From an uncultured Oscillospiraceae bacterium (GTDB lineage: Bacteria > Bacillota > Clostridia > Oscillospirales > Oscillospiraceae): a stretch of 63,063 nt of DNA. Below are positions 28,098-39,635 of this stretch, in pieces. The notes beneath the pieces are model-generated. The model made no database searches. It was not told the DNA's origin and was given only the letters and a program-made list of their open reading frames with translations. Within the stretch, counting starts at the first letter, position 1, and the number at the start of each line of letters is the position of its first letter. Location of the stretch: assembly GCA_964592685.1 (NCBI GenBank), contig CAZQFN010000001.1:1-63063 (forward strand), read 5' to 3'. Both the position numbers and the translations under genes were made by a program.

Positions 28098-29057
28098 ATG
28101 TCCTACATCGTCATCGACCTGGAATGGAACCAGGCCATGAGCTCAAAATCATCCGTATTCAATCATCTGCCCATCCATCTGCGGGGCGAGATCATACAAA
28201 TCGGTGCCGTGAAACTGAATGACGACTTTACGCCCGGGGAGGAATTCCAGCGGGATGTGCGTCCGGTATGGTTTCGGAAAATGCACCAGAAAGTGAAGAA
28301 ACTCACCGGTTTTGACAACGAACGCCTTGCCAACGGCCTTCCCTTTAAGCAGGCCATTGAGGAGTTCCGCCAGTGGTGCGGCCCCGACTGCGTCTTTATG
28401 ACCTGGGGCTATGACGACCGGGGCATCATGGAGCAAAACCTCATTATTCACGACCTAGACATCGACTGGCTGGGATCCTGGATAAACCTTCAGCTCATAT
28501 ACAACAAGCAGACCGACGGCGACCGGAATCAAAAATCTCTGGAAACGGCCATGGAACATTTTGAGATCGAACAGACCCGGGTCGCCCACGATGCCCTGGG
28601 CGACGCTTACAACACCGCTCTTGTTTGCTCTCATCTGGATCTTGATGCCGGCGTGGCAGATTATGGCGATATACTCCAGAGCATGACCAAAAAAGTCCGG
28701 GCAAAAACCGCCGCACAGAAGGAACCGGAGCCCATCTCCCGCTCCGTATCCCAGTGCCACAACACGCGGGAAGCCCTGTGGACCGCGGTGGAAGAGGCCG
28801 GCGTTGCCTGCCCCATCTGCGGCAAGAACATTCCCCACACCAATTGGGTGAACCAGGGTGACGGCCGATACATGGCCCTGGCCCCCTGCGAGGAGGATGG
28901 TACCTTCCTTCTGCGCATCCGCGTCCGCCACGAGGAGGACGGCAGCTGGCGCGCCCGTCGTCTCATCTATCAGGCCGACGAGGCCATGCAGCGCAATTTC
29001 CTGGAGCGGCAGGCACACCCCCGCCGCCGGAGAAGAAACCGCAAAAAGAAATCCTGA
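28098..29057 (+). CDS. DEDDh 3'-5' exonuclease-domain protein (KapD/ERI-1-like) with C-terminal CxxC domain and poly-basic tail
   Basis: IVIDLEWN.. (DxE), ..TWGYDDRG.., ..HDALGDAYNTA.. (H..D). The C-terminal part carries ACPICGKN..APCEEDG.. and ends HPRRRRRNRKKKS. Confidence 0.7.
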   Translation: MSYIVIDLEWNQAMSSKSSVFNHLPIHLRGEIIQIGAVKLNDDFTPGEEFQRDVRPVWFRKMHQKVKKLTGFDNERLANGLPFKQAIEEFRQWCGPDCVFMTWGYDDRGIMEQNLIIHDLDIDWLGSWINLQLIYNKQTDGDRNQKSLETAMEHFEIEQTRVAHDALGDAYNTALVCSHLDLDAGVADYGDILQSMTKKVRAKTAAQKEPEPISRSVSQCHNTREALWTAVEEAGVACPICGKNIPHTNWVNQGDGRYMALAPCEEDGTFLLRIRVRHEEDGSWRARRLIYQADEAMQRNFLERQAHPRRRRRNRKKKS

Positions 29058-29061
29058 GATC

Positions 29062-29120
29062 AAAAACACCCCGCTTGCAGACGGAGGGCCTCGAAGCCAT
29101 CCCGCAGGCGGGGTGTTTTT
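29062..29120. terminator. Bidirectional terminator between the exonuclease and the NSS transporter
   Basis: AAAAACACCCCGC...GCGGGGTGTTTTT: a GC-rich stem (29066-29074 / 29108-29116) with a long loop, flanked by A- and T-runs. Confidence 0.65.
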
Positions 29121-29138
29121 AGTTGATTTTCCGGCAAA

Positions 29139-30470
29139 TCAGCCGATGCCGCCCAGAATGGCACCCGCAACAAGGGCGATCAGCGCGAGAGCGCAATAGA
29201 CATACTTAGCCAGCGGATAGAACCAGTTTCCGATCGGCCGGCCGGCACCCATGTTGACATTTTCCAGAACAAATTTCTTTCCGGCGATCCAGAAAAAGAG
29301 AATACCGGCCAGAAGAGCGCCCAAGGGGCAGATATAAATGGACACAACGTCCATCCACCCGGAGACGATGGCCTGGATGCACAGCGCGATCACACAGCCC
29401 GCAACCAGGGCAATGGCCGTGGAAGGAAGACGCTTTAGGTTGAACTTCTCCTGAAGGAACGCCACAGGCGTTTCATAGAGGTTAATAAGAGAAGTAAGAC
29501 CCGCAAAAAGAACGCAGACAAAGAACAGAATGCCGACAAACCGACCGCCGGGCATGCCGTTGATAACATTCACCAGATAAATAAACATGAGTCCGGGACC
29601 GCCGGAGGACAACTCCGCAGAGCCGGCCGCCATAGCGGGAATGATGACAAACGCCGCCAGAAGAGCCGCCATAGTATCGAAAATGGCAACATTGCGGGCA
29701 GACAGAGGAATGGATTCCTCTTTGGACAGATAGGAACCATAGATCACCGTTCCATTGCCGGCAACAGACAGAGAGAAGAACGCCTGACCGAAGGCATAGA
29801 TCCAAAGCTTGGGATCGGCAAGGCCGGCAGGATTCACCGTAAAAATATACTTATAGCCGCCGGAAGCACCGGAGAGCGTTCCGATATAAATAGCCAGAAC
29901 AATAAGAAGCACATACAGGATAGGCATCATAATCTTATTGGCCTTTTCAATGCCGCCCGCAACACCGAAGACCATGATGCAGAAGGTCGCAACCACCGCA
30001 ATAACGATCCAGATATTGTTGCCCCAGGCAGATGCCGTAGCGCCGAACATGCCGACGATGACATCCATATTCTGGCCCATGGCCATAAGCTCGCCGTCAA
30101 ACGCCATGAACGCATACTTAAAGATCCAGCCCATGACGCAGGTATAGCCGATGGCCAGTGCCAGAGATCCCAGAACCGGGATAACACCAATGGCTTCACC
30201 GACGGAACGCTTTCCGCCGTGAAGCGAGGTCGCCATACCAAACGCACCGACCGGGCCGGCCCCGGCCGCACGACCGAACGCCATCTCACCGATAACACCG
30301 GTGGAACCAATAAGAATCACAAAGATAAAATACGGGATCAGGAAAGTAAGACCGCCCCAGGTGGAAACAAGCATGGGAAAGCGCCAGAGATTGCCCATGC
30401 CTACTGCCGAACCAATACAGGCCAGGGTAAAGCCCCAGCGGCTGCTGAATCCATCACGTTTTTCTGTCAT
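29139..30470 (-). CDS. Sodium-dependent transporter, NSS/SNF family
   Basis: ..FSSRWGFTLACIGSAVGMGNLWRFP.. is the NSS signature. About 11-12 TM helices. Confidence 0.85.
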   Translation of the reverse strand: MTEKRDGFSSRWGFTLACIGSAVGMGNLWRFPMLVSTWGGLTFLIPYFIFVILIGSTGVIGEMAFGRAAGAGPVGAFGMATSLHGGKRSVGEAIGVIPVLGSLALAIGYTCVMGWIFKYAFMAFDGELMAMGQNMDVIVGMFGATASAWGNNIWIVIAVVATFCIMVFGVAGGIEKANKIMMPILYVLLIVLAIYIGTLSGASGGYKYIFTVNPAGLADPKLWIYAFGQAFFSLSVAGNGTVIYGSYLSKEESIPLSARNVAIFDTMAALLAAFVIIPAMAAGSAELSSGGPGLMFIYLVNVINGMPGGRFVGILFFVCVLFAGLTSLINLYETPVAFLQEKFNLKRLPSTAIALVAGCVIALCIQAIVSGWMDVVSIYICPLGALLAGILFFWIAGKKFVLENVNMGAGRPIGNWFYPLAKYVYCALALIALVAGAILGGIG

Positions 30471-30535
30471 AATCCAAATTCCTCCCGAGTGGAGCGTTTA
30501 TGCATGCTGCCCCACCGCTTTCTTTAGCAAATTAA

Positions 30536-30564
30536 AGTGTATCATTCAAACACAATTCTGTCAA
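30536..30564 (-). promoter_or_regulatory. Candidate sigma-A promoter for the NSS transporter
   Basis: Minus strand reads TTGACA-17 nt-TACACT. Confidence 0.5.
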
Positions 30565-30577
30565 CCCAAAATCAACA

Positions 30578-30607
30578 CAAAAGCCGCGGAGATTTCCGCG
30601 GCTTTTG
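30578..30607 (-). terminator. Intrinsic terminator after xerD
   Basis: Stem AGCCGCGGA/TCCGCGGCT (30582-30603), followed on the minus strand by TTTTGTGTTGATTTT. Confidence 0.75.
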
Positions 30608-30618
30608 TGTCGATTTAA

Positions 30619-31491
30619 TCAGGCTCTGGGATGAGCTTTGTTGTAAACGTCCTTCAACTGCTTTTTCACAAGCTGGGAATAGACCTGGGTGGAGCTGATA
30701 TCGGCATGGCCCAGCATTTCCTGAATGGATCGCAGATCGGCGCCGTTTTCCAGCAGATGGGTGGCAAAGCTGTGGCGCAGGGTGTGAGGCGTGATATCCT
30801 TTTCGATCCCCGCCTTTTTCTGATAGGACTTTATGATTTTCCAAAAACCCTGGCGGCTCATCCGCTCTCCGCTGATATTCACAAACAGGGAGCGTTCGGA
30901 AGGCGTTGCGAGCATATCGGGCCGGATAAAGTCAATGTAGTCACGTACCGCTTTCAGCGCCGCCGGATACAGCGGAATCACGCGGACCTTGTCGCGGCTG
31001 CGGCAGCTGATAATACCGGCCGAGAGATTTACATCGGTCACATCCAGACTGATAAGCTCACTGACACGGATGCCTGTGGCATACAGAAGCTCCAGCATGG
31101 CTCTGTCCCGATAGCCTTTACGATCGGTACATTCGGGCTGCTCAAGCAGCAGCTCCACCTCCTGGGCCGTGAGAATCTCCGGAAGCTTGTGGGCGGATTT
31201 CTCCGGCACCAGCTTATTGGTCGGAATCTCCTCCACCAGCCCCTGAATCTTCATCCAGGCATAGAAATTCTTCAGTGAAGCGATATTACGGGAAACCGTG
31301 GCAACGGATTTTCCGATGGCACGCAGATGATCGATATACTCACAAAGAGTATCCTCGTCGGCGGTTACATAACCGTCCACACCAATGCCATCCAGGTACT
31401 CGCCAAACTGGCGGATATCCCGCATATAGGAGCTCAGCGTATTCTTGGATGTTTTCTTCTCATACGCAAGATAACGCTCATAGCGCTCCAT
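30619..31491 (-). CDS. xerD: Tyrosine recombinase XerD/XerC (chromosome dimer resolution type)
   Basis: Start at ATG 31491 (MERYERYLAYEKKTSKNTLSSYMRDI..). Catalytic signature ..ATGIRVSEL.., ..HTLRHSFATHLLENGADLRSIQEMLGHADISSTQVY.. No flanking mobile-element genes. Confidence 0.85.
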   Translation of the reverse strand: MERYERYLAYEKKTSKNTLSSYMRDIRQFGEYLDGIGVDGYVTADEDTLCEYIDHLRAIGKSVATVSRNIASLKNFYAWMKIQGLVEEIPTNKLVPEKSAHKLPEILTAQEVELLLEQPECTDRKGYRDRAMLELLYATGIRVSELISLDVTDVNLSAGIISCRSRDKVRVIPLYPAALKAVRDYIDFIRPDMLATPSERSLFVNISGERMSRQGFWKIIKSYQKKAGIEKDITPHTLRHSFATHLLENGADLRSIQEMLGHADISSTQVYSQLVKKQLKDVYNKAHPRA

Positions 31492-31781
31492 GCATTCCCC
31501 ATTGTTCACAGTTCCTACACCCCTCTGCACGAATTGACATAATCTAGCTGAACCTACTATAACGCAATTTGTTACCATAATCAAGAAGAAATTTTACCAT
31601 TTTGTCATCTTTGTTACTTTTAACGAGAAATTTATGTCAACATTCGTTACAAAGGTTACAATTTGTCACTTAATCTTTCATTTTTTCGATCGCAGCTACC
31701 AGAGATTGTGTTCAAAAACGGATATCTGCCCCACATTTTGGGTATTTCCCCCGTTTTATGTAACCTTACCAATCCCTGGGC

Positions 31782-32015
31782 TCATCTTCTCCGCTTTCGC
31801 CGGCGCGGTTTTTTCCCCCGAACGGTCAGCACAGCGGACAGAAGAACACCGATTCCCACAAGGGCATATCCAACCGCTGCGCACAATTCCATCGGCAGCA
31901 CACCCTTATACATTAACAGCGACTCACAAAATAACAGCAAAAGACACAGGATCGCCGCCAGACCAAGGCCAAATACGACACAGAACAACATGCTCTTCTT
32001 TTTCAAAAAAGACAT
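31782..32015 (-). CDS. Small two-TM membrane protein with poly-Arg/Lys tail
   Basis: 77 aa. MSFLKKKSMLFCVVFGLGLAAILCLLLLF...VGYALVGIGVLLSAVLTVRGKKPRRRKRRR. ATG 32015 lies 6 nt after GAGGGGGA. Confidence 0.55.
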   Translation of the reverse strand: MSFLKKKSMLFCVVFGLGLAAILCLLLLFCESLLMYKGVLPMELCAAVGYALVGIGVLLSAVLTVRGKKPRRRKRRR

Positions 32016-32067
32016 AAAAAATCCCCCTCAAGAATCCGGCTGATACAAGCCTATTCCCGAGGGGGAT
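32016..32067 (-). terminator. Intrinsic terminator after yajC whose 3' arm is the SD of the next gene
   Basis: 9-bp outer stem ATCCCCCTC/GAGGGGGAT (32021-32029 / 32059-32067) plus inner pairings. The minus strand reads ..GAGGGGGATTTTTTATG. Confidence 0.65.
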
Positions 32068-32091
32068 GATTTATTTATCTCTACGCAGAAA

Positions 32092-32469
32092 TTACTTCTG
32101 GGGCTCCTCTTCCGTCTGCTTGCCCTTGGAGGAAATGGCCCACTTGGTAACTTCCATGCGGACGCGGTCCTCGCTGGTCTCGAAGACGATGGAGTTGGCC
32201 TTCACAGCAACGACCTTACCCATAATGCCGCCAATGGTGGTGATGGTGTCGCCGACAGCAATGGAATTGCGCAGCTCCTCAGCCTGCTTCTTCTTCTTGT
32301 TCTCAGGACGGATCAGGAAGAAGTAGAACACGACGATCATGAGAACGATCATGATGATCATGCTGCCGCCGCCGGAAGCAGTAGTCGTGGCGTCGTCTGC
32401 AAAAGCGCTGGTGCAAAGCAGGGCCATGGCCGCAGCAACAGCAGCCAGGATCTTGGTGAAACGATTCAT
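32092..32469 (-). CDS. yajC: Preprotein translocase subunit YajC (with N-terminal signal-like extension)
   Basis: ..IVVFYFFLIRPENKKKKQAEELRNSIAVGDTITTIGGIMGKVVAV.. is the YajC core. Start ATG 32469 with a GGAGGT SD. Confidence 0.8.
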   Translation of the reverse strand: MNRFTKILAAVAAAMALLCTSAFADDATTTASGGGSMIIMIVLMIVVFYFFLIRPENKKKKQAEELRNSIAVGDTITTIGGIMGKVVAVKANSIVFETSEDRVRMEVTKWAISSKGKQTEEEPQK

Positions 32470-32512
32470 TCGTAATACCTCCAAAAATTTTACCGTTATA
32501 TTATAAAAGTCT

Positions 32513-34690
<2,178 letters not shown>

Positions 34691-34694
<4 letters not shown>

Positions 34695-36859
34695 TAATCT
34701 CCGTACTGCAGGCTTGTCCCGTCATAATAAAAACCGAGAATGTCCTGATAGTCTTTGTCGTAGTATTTTGCCATGGCATAGGCACCCCACTGGCTCAGCC
34801 CCACATTGTGGCCCCAGCCCCAGCGGGTACATGTGAAGGTGTCGTTCTCAGCATTATAGGTCACCTGATAGCGATAGCTGTAACAGGTGAAGCCGAATGC
34901 GCTGAGAAAATCCCACCGGGTGTAGGAGGTGTCCCGATGGATCGTGACCGTTTTGCCGTTCACATCCGTGATATGGACCCGCCGGACATTTCCGGTGTCA
35001 TCATAGGTATCCAACTGAATACCGTCCTTGGCGATGGTGGAAAGGCCCAGCTCCTTGCTTAGGGCCGCAAGCGTGGAGCCCGTGCGGGAGAGGGTGATCG
35101 AATAGGTATAATTGGAAGCCAGAGAGGCGGCCTTTGCCTCATACGGATCGATCTTTCCCTGAAGATAGCTTATATCCCCGCCCCAGATGTGAGCGGAATC
35201 CTCCGTTGCGCCGCCGCTGCTGGAAAAATAATACGTCGTGCAGATCTCTCGTCCGCTTCCGGAGTTGTAGGTGAGATAAAGCCCGGCGGTGGCGTCCACC
35301 GCGCTGTCCGTGGCAGCAAAATAACTCTCGGAATAGCTTCCGTCATACCGTCCGCGGTAAACCTGGCTGGTGTTGGTAATATCAAAGCCATAGGATCTGT
35401 ATGTGCTCCACTGGGCGGTGACCGCATAGCTGCGGGCCGTGACTGCCGCCGCCTTCAGAGTCTCTGCCGGCCAAGAAGGCGAATACTCATATGGGATAAC
35501 GCCCTTCACATAGTCTTCGATATTCACATAGTTGATGAGCGTGATGTAACCGGAGCGGTTGTATGCCTGCCGGAGTTCAAAATCACCGTAATAGCGGCGC
35601 CAGCTGTTCACCTCCGTCAGTGCTTTGCCGGAGGAAACCGCATGGATCGCCAGATTTCCGCCGGTGGTGTAAACCGTCTCCCCGGCAGAATTCTTCACCG
35701 TGAAAGTCGTTCCGTCGGTGGTGATGTCGATCTCATCGTCGTCAATGGTGCCATAGGACAAAAAATCCCGCTCAGAGTCAAAGACGCCGTACTCAAATGT
35801 GTAGCCATGGACGTTATAAAGATTCACAGATTTGACGGACGAACTGAGGGACTTGGTGCTCATATAGATGCCTACACGGATGGTATCCGACGGCACAGAA
35901 ACAGCGCTGTCCAGAATGACCGCAGGCGTGTCCTCTATCTCACCCGGCGCCGGTGTCGCCGTGGGCACCGGAGTTTCCGCCGGAGCAGGAGCCGCGGTCG
36001 GCTCGGGTGTCACGTCCGGAGAGGTATCCTCCTCGGAAAGACGCTGAAACATCACCGCAACTTCGGCGCGGGTGGCATGATCCCACGGACGGAATCTGTA
36101 ACCGCCCTCATCCGGCTCCCCAAGGACGATGCCGGCCGCCTGCATAAGCGTCACATCCGCCTTCGCCCAGGCGCTGATGTCCCCTTCGTCGGTAAAACTC
36201 GCCGTGGAGCCACTCTCCTTCAGTTCGATCCCCGCATAACCGACATAGCGGCTGAAAAGGCTGCATATCTCTTCCCTTGTTATGGAATCATTGGGCGCAA
36301 AAGTATCGGCATCACGTCCGTTCACGATCCCGATCTCATAGCCCCAGATCACATAACCGGCATAGTAGTCCGAAAATGCCACATCGGAGAACGTATGGTA
36401 TGCGGGACTGAGGTAGTCTCCGGAAATAAAACCGGTCTGAGACCCATAGCGGATCTGATACCAGCCGTCCCTCCAGCCAAGGATCGTCACCGAAGCATTC
36501 TTTTTAAGAGATGTGATGACCGTGTATCCGGTGCCCGGCCCTGTTCGCATATTCACGGAAGAACCGGTAACCACACCTGCGCACCAATCCTCCGCATCCA
36601 CACCGGCAAAACGGCCCAGAACAGTGACGAACATACCGCGGGTCATGCCGCCGCCGGGGCTAAAGGTGGTGTCACCTGTGCCAAGAAAAAGACCCTCCGC
36701 CGTCACATAATCCACGGCATCATAATACCAGTCGCCCCGGGAAACATCCGTAAAATCCCCCACCGAAGCGGCGCGGGCAGGCACAAGCAGAACAGCCGCC
36801 AAAAAAAACGCGAGCAAGGCATACACCGTCGCGCGCCGGATCCTGTGTACAAAGGTCAT
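34691..36859 (-). CDS. Cell-wall protein: signal peptide + SLH / SH3b / SLH x2 + SpoIID (LytB amidase-enhancer) domain
   Basis: Start ATG 36859 ([30 protein letters not shown]). SLH-like [17 protein letters not shown].. and SH3b-like [31 protein letters not shown]. SpoIID core [11 protein letters not shown].., ..[18 protein letters not shown].. The track's 1144-aa ORF continues spuriously as the antisense of asd. Confidence 0.8.
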
Positions 36860-36893
36860 GACGCCACTCCTTTCCCGGGCTTGAAACTTAGAA

Positions 36894-36922
36894 TTGACCA
36901 AGGATTTGAAGTATGCTATACT
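36894..36922 (+). promoter_or_regulatory. Sigma-A-type promoter upstream of asd
   Basis: TTGACC-17 nt-TATACT, about 140 nt upstream of the asd ATG. Confidence 0.6.
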
Positions 36923-37063
36923 GCGGTTTATAACATTAATTTTATGTATACACACAGTTATAGCTTGGTCTAATATTGTAAACAAAGACCGGGAAATTGT
37001 CAACAACTGTCCCCTGTCACAAACAGGAGACCGCACCATAAACTGTATCAGGAGGTCAACGGT

Positions 37064-38158
37064 ATGAGCAAACGGAAAGTAGGCGTAATTGGCGGCACCG
37101 GCATGGTGGGACAGCGTTTTGTCTCCCTCCTGGCCGATCACCCCTGGTTTGAGTTGACGGTCATCGCCGCAAGCGGGCGCAGCGCCGGCAAGACTTATGA
37201 GGAGGCCGTGGGCAGCCGCTGGGCCATTGATGTGCCCATGCCCGAAAATGTCAAAGGCATCGTGGTGAAAAACGCTACCGCCGATGTGCAGGCCATTGCA
37301 GACGAGGTGGACTTCGTCTTCTCTGCCGTGGACATGAACAAGGAAGAGATCCAGGCTCTGGAAGAGGAATATGCCCGCCATGAATGCCCTGTGGTCTCCA
37401 ACAACAGCGCCCATCGCTGGACCGAGGATGTCCCCATGGTCGTTCCGGAGATCAACGCTCAGCATCTGGACGTGATCCCCGCTCAGCGCAAGCGTCTGGG
37501 CACGAAGCGCGGCTTCATCGCCGTGAAATCCAACTGCAGTCTGCAGAGCTATGTTCCCGCCCTGCATCCCCTGAAGGATGAATTTGGCCTGAAGGACGTT
37601 CTGGTCTGCACATACCAGGCCATTTCCGGCGCCGGCAAGACCTTTGAGACCTGGCCCGAGATGGTGGATAACATCATCCCCTACATCGGCGGCGAAGAGG
37701 AAAAGTCTGAGCGTGAGCCCATGAAGCTTTGGGGCCGGGTGGAAGATGGCGTCATCAAAAATGCAGTCGCCCCGTCCATCACCGCCCAGTGCATCCGCGT
37801 CCCCGCCAGCAACGGCCACATGGCCGCGGTGTTTGTCCGCTTTGACAAAAAACCTTCCAAGGAGGATATCCTCGACCGCTGGAAGAATTTCGCCGGCCGC
37901 GCACAGGAGCTTCAGCTCCCCTCCGCGCCCAAGCAGTTCCTCCACTATTTCGAGGAGGATAACCGCCCCCAGACAAAGCTGGACCGCATGCTGGAAGGCG
38001 GCATGGCCGTCTCCATCGGCCGTCTGCGGGAAGATACCCAATATGACTATAAGTTCGTTTGTCTGAGCCACAACACCCTCCGCGGCGCGGCCGGCGGCGC
38101 TGTTCTGCTGGCAGAGCTTCTCCACGCGGAAGGCTGGTTTGACCGCACCGAAGACTGA
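37064..38158 (+). CDS. asd: Aspartate-semialdehyde dehydrogenase
   Basis: MSKRKVGVIGGTGMVGQRF.., active-site ..SNCSLQSY.., ..CLSHNTLRGAAG.. AGGAGG SD. Confidence 0.95.
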   Translation: MSKRKVGVIGGTGMVGQRFVSLLADHPWFELTVIAASGRSAGKTYEEAVGSRWAIDVPMPENVKGIVVKNATADVQAIADEVDFVFSAVDMNKEEIQALEEEYARHECPVVSNNSAHRWTEDVPMVVPEINAQHLDVIPAQRKRLGTKRGFIAVKSNCSLQSYVPALHPLKDEFGLKDVLVCTYQAISGAGKTFETWPEMVDNIIPYIGGEEEKSEREPMKLWGRVEDGVIKNAVAPSITAQCIRVPASNGHMAAVFVRFDKKPSKEDILDRWKNFAGRAQELQLPSAPKQFLHYFEEDNRPQTKLDRMLEGGMAVSIGRLREDTQYDYKFVCLSHNTLRGAAGGAVLLAELLHAEGWFDRTED

Positions 38159-38176
38159 CCTCCCTATTTTATGAAC

Positions 38177-38214
38177 AAAAGACGCCGCAGGCTGATGGCC
38201 TGTGGCGTCTTTCT
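38177..38214 (+). terminator. Intrinsic terminator/attenuator between asd and dapA
   Basis: 11-bp stem GACGCCGCAGG/CCTGTGGCGTC (one G-U pair) with a 7-nt loop, followed by TTTCT. Confidence 0.6.
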
Positions 38215-38230
38215 ATCAGGAGGAATATCG

Positions 38231-39118
38231 TTGAAAACCCCTCTTTTTTCCGGCGTAGGGACCGCTCTGGTCACTCCCTTCCGAAACGGCGCTCTGGATC
38301 TGGACACATTCAGCAAGCTTATTGAGCGGCAATACGACGGGGGCGTTTCCGCCCTGATCGTTTGCGGAACCACCGGCGAAGGCGCCACACTCACCACCCG
38401 GGAGCATGAAACGCTCTTTCGCCGGGCCGCAGAGATCAGCGCAGGCCGCATGAAGATCATCGCCGGCATCGGCTCCAACGACACCCGCAAAGCCATGGAT
38501 ATGGCCGTGCGGGCCGAGGCCGCAGGTGCCGACGGGCTTCTCATGGTGACGCCCTATTACAACAAGACCACCCAGGCGGGACTTGTGGAGCATTTCAGCT
38601 ATGTAGCAGACCGCTCCTCCCTGCCCGTCATTCTCTATAACGTACCCACACGCACGGGCATCGGCATCCAGCCGGAGACCTACGCCATTCTGGGGGAGCA
38701 TCCCAATATATGCGGCGTGAAGGAGGCCGCCGGAGATCTGGCAGCCTTCGCCCGCACAAAGGCGCTTTGCGGCGATCGACTCACTTTCTGGAGCGGCAAC
38801 GACAGCGACACCGTGGCCATGATGGCTTTGGGCGCAAAAGGCGTCATATCCGTCGCATCGAATCTTATTCCGACAGAGGTCGCCGGACTTTGCCGGCTGT
38901 GCCTGGAAGGGCGTTTCCCGGAAGCCGCAGCCATGAACGAACGGTATATGGACCTGTTCAGCGGCCTGTTCCGGGAAGTAAATCCCATCCCCGTGAAAAC
39001 AGCCATGGAGCTCATGGGCCTCTGCGCCGGAGACATGCGGCTGCCACTGGTGTCCATGAGCCCGGAAAACTGCCTCTGGCTGCGGGAGCTTCTTTGCAGG
39101 AGCGGACTGATCACATAA
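38231..39118 (+). CDS. dapA: 4-hydroxy-tetrahydrodipicolinate synthase
   Basis: ..GVGTALVTPF.., ..GTTGEGATL.., ..YNVPTRTG.. Start set to TTG 38231, 7 nt after AGGAGG. The track's ATG 38171 lies inside the terminator region. Confidence 0.9.
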   Translation: MKTPLFSGVGTALVTPFRNGALDLDTFSKLIERQYDGGVSALIVCGTTGEGATLTTREHETLFRRAAEISAGRMKIIAGIGSNDTRKAMDMAVRAEAAGADGLLMVTPYYNKTTQAGLVEHFSYVADRSSLPVILYNVPTRTGIGIQPETYAILGEHPNICGVKEAAGDLAAFARTKALCGDRLTFWSGNDSDTVAMMALGAKGVISVASNLIPTEVAGLCRLCLEGRFPEAAAMNERYMDLFSGLFREVNPIPVKTAMELMGLCAGDMRLPLVSMSPENCLWLRELLCRSGLIT

Positions 39119-39120
39119 GC

Positions 39121-39157
39121 AAAAAGAAAGGAAACGGCTTCCGTTTCCTTTCTTTTT
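39121..39157. terminator. Bidirectional terminator between dapA and the lipoprotein gene
   Basis: 12-bp stem GAAAGGAAACGG/CCGTTTCCTTTC with flanking A- and T-runs. Confidence 0.8.
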
Positions 39158-39162
39158 GCATG

Positions 39163-39534
39163 TTATCGAGCCTGGGGTGTGGAGGTTGCCTTTGCCGCAT
39201 CCTCTTCGACTCTTCCGTCGCCCATGTCGCCGTTTACGACACCATCTTCACCGAGCATGTCGTTCACACCGTTTTCGACGCCGTCGATCACATCGTTCAC
39301 GCCGTTCTCCACGCCGTTGACCGTGTCATCGACGCCATTCTCCACCCGGTTCGCGGCATCCCCGGCGGCACCGGCAGTGCCGTTGTTTTCTGGTGCGTTT
39401 GTGGCAGTGGGCGCAGGCGTTGCCACCGTGGTTTGATTGTTCGCGGCGCCGGTATTGTTGTTTTTGCTGCCGCAACCGGTCAGCACCGCAAGCAGAAGGA
39501 CCGCCGTCAGGGCGGCAGAAATTATGGATCTCAT
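39163..39534 (-). CDS. Small acidic lipoprotein with degenerate V-(E/D)-N-G-V-x-D repeats
   Basis: Lipobox LLAVLTGCGS. The mature part carries RVENGVDDTVNGVENGVNDVIDGVENGVNDML. Confidence 0.6.
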   Translation of the reverse strand: MRSIISAALTAVLLLAVLTGCGSKNNNTGAANNQTTVATPAPTATNAPENNGTAGAAGDAANRVENGVDDTVNGVENGVNDVIDGVENGVNDMLGEDGVVNGDMGDGRVEEDAAKATSTPQAR

Positions 39535-39635
39535 GTTTTGCCTCCGATCATGATCTGATTACAGCCATAGTATGACCGATTTGGGCCGTAATTTTCACAG
39601 GTGGCAAAATTTTTAATTTTTGATCCTCTCAGGCT

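Noticed and set aside
30619-31584. Tyrosine recombinase as a possible integrase marking a mobile element
   Set aside because: It has the full-length XerD/XerC signature. Its composition matches the surrounding core genes, there are no flanking phage/ICE genes or att-like repeats, and it sits among yajC-tgt-queA housekeeping genes. I interpret it as the chromosomal dimer-resolution recombinase.
31533-32017. Plus-strand promoter-like TTGACA-18-TATAAC and the 127-aa ORF 31634..32017
   Set aside because: The ORF is antisense to the SD-bearing small membrane gene and has a low-complexity translation with no SD. The promoter match lies in an AT-rich region, where such matches arise by chance.
36923-37063. 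Lysine riboswitch (L-box) expected upstream of asd-dapA
   Set aside because: The roughly 140-nt leader is too short, and I could not see the conserved L-box helices or core sequences. Only a covariance-model scan could overturn this.
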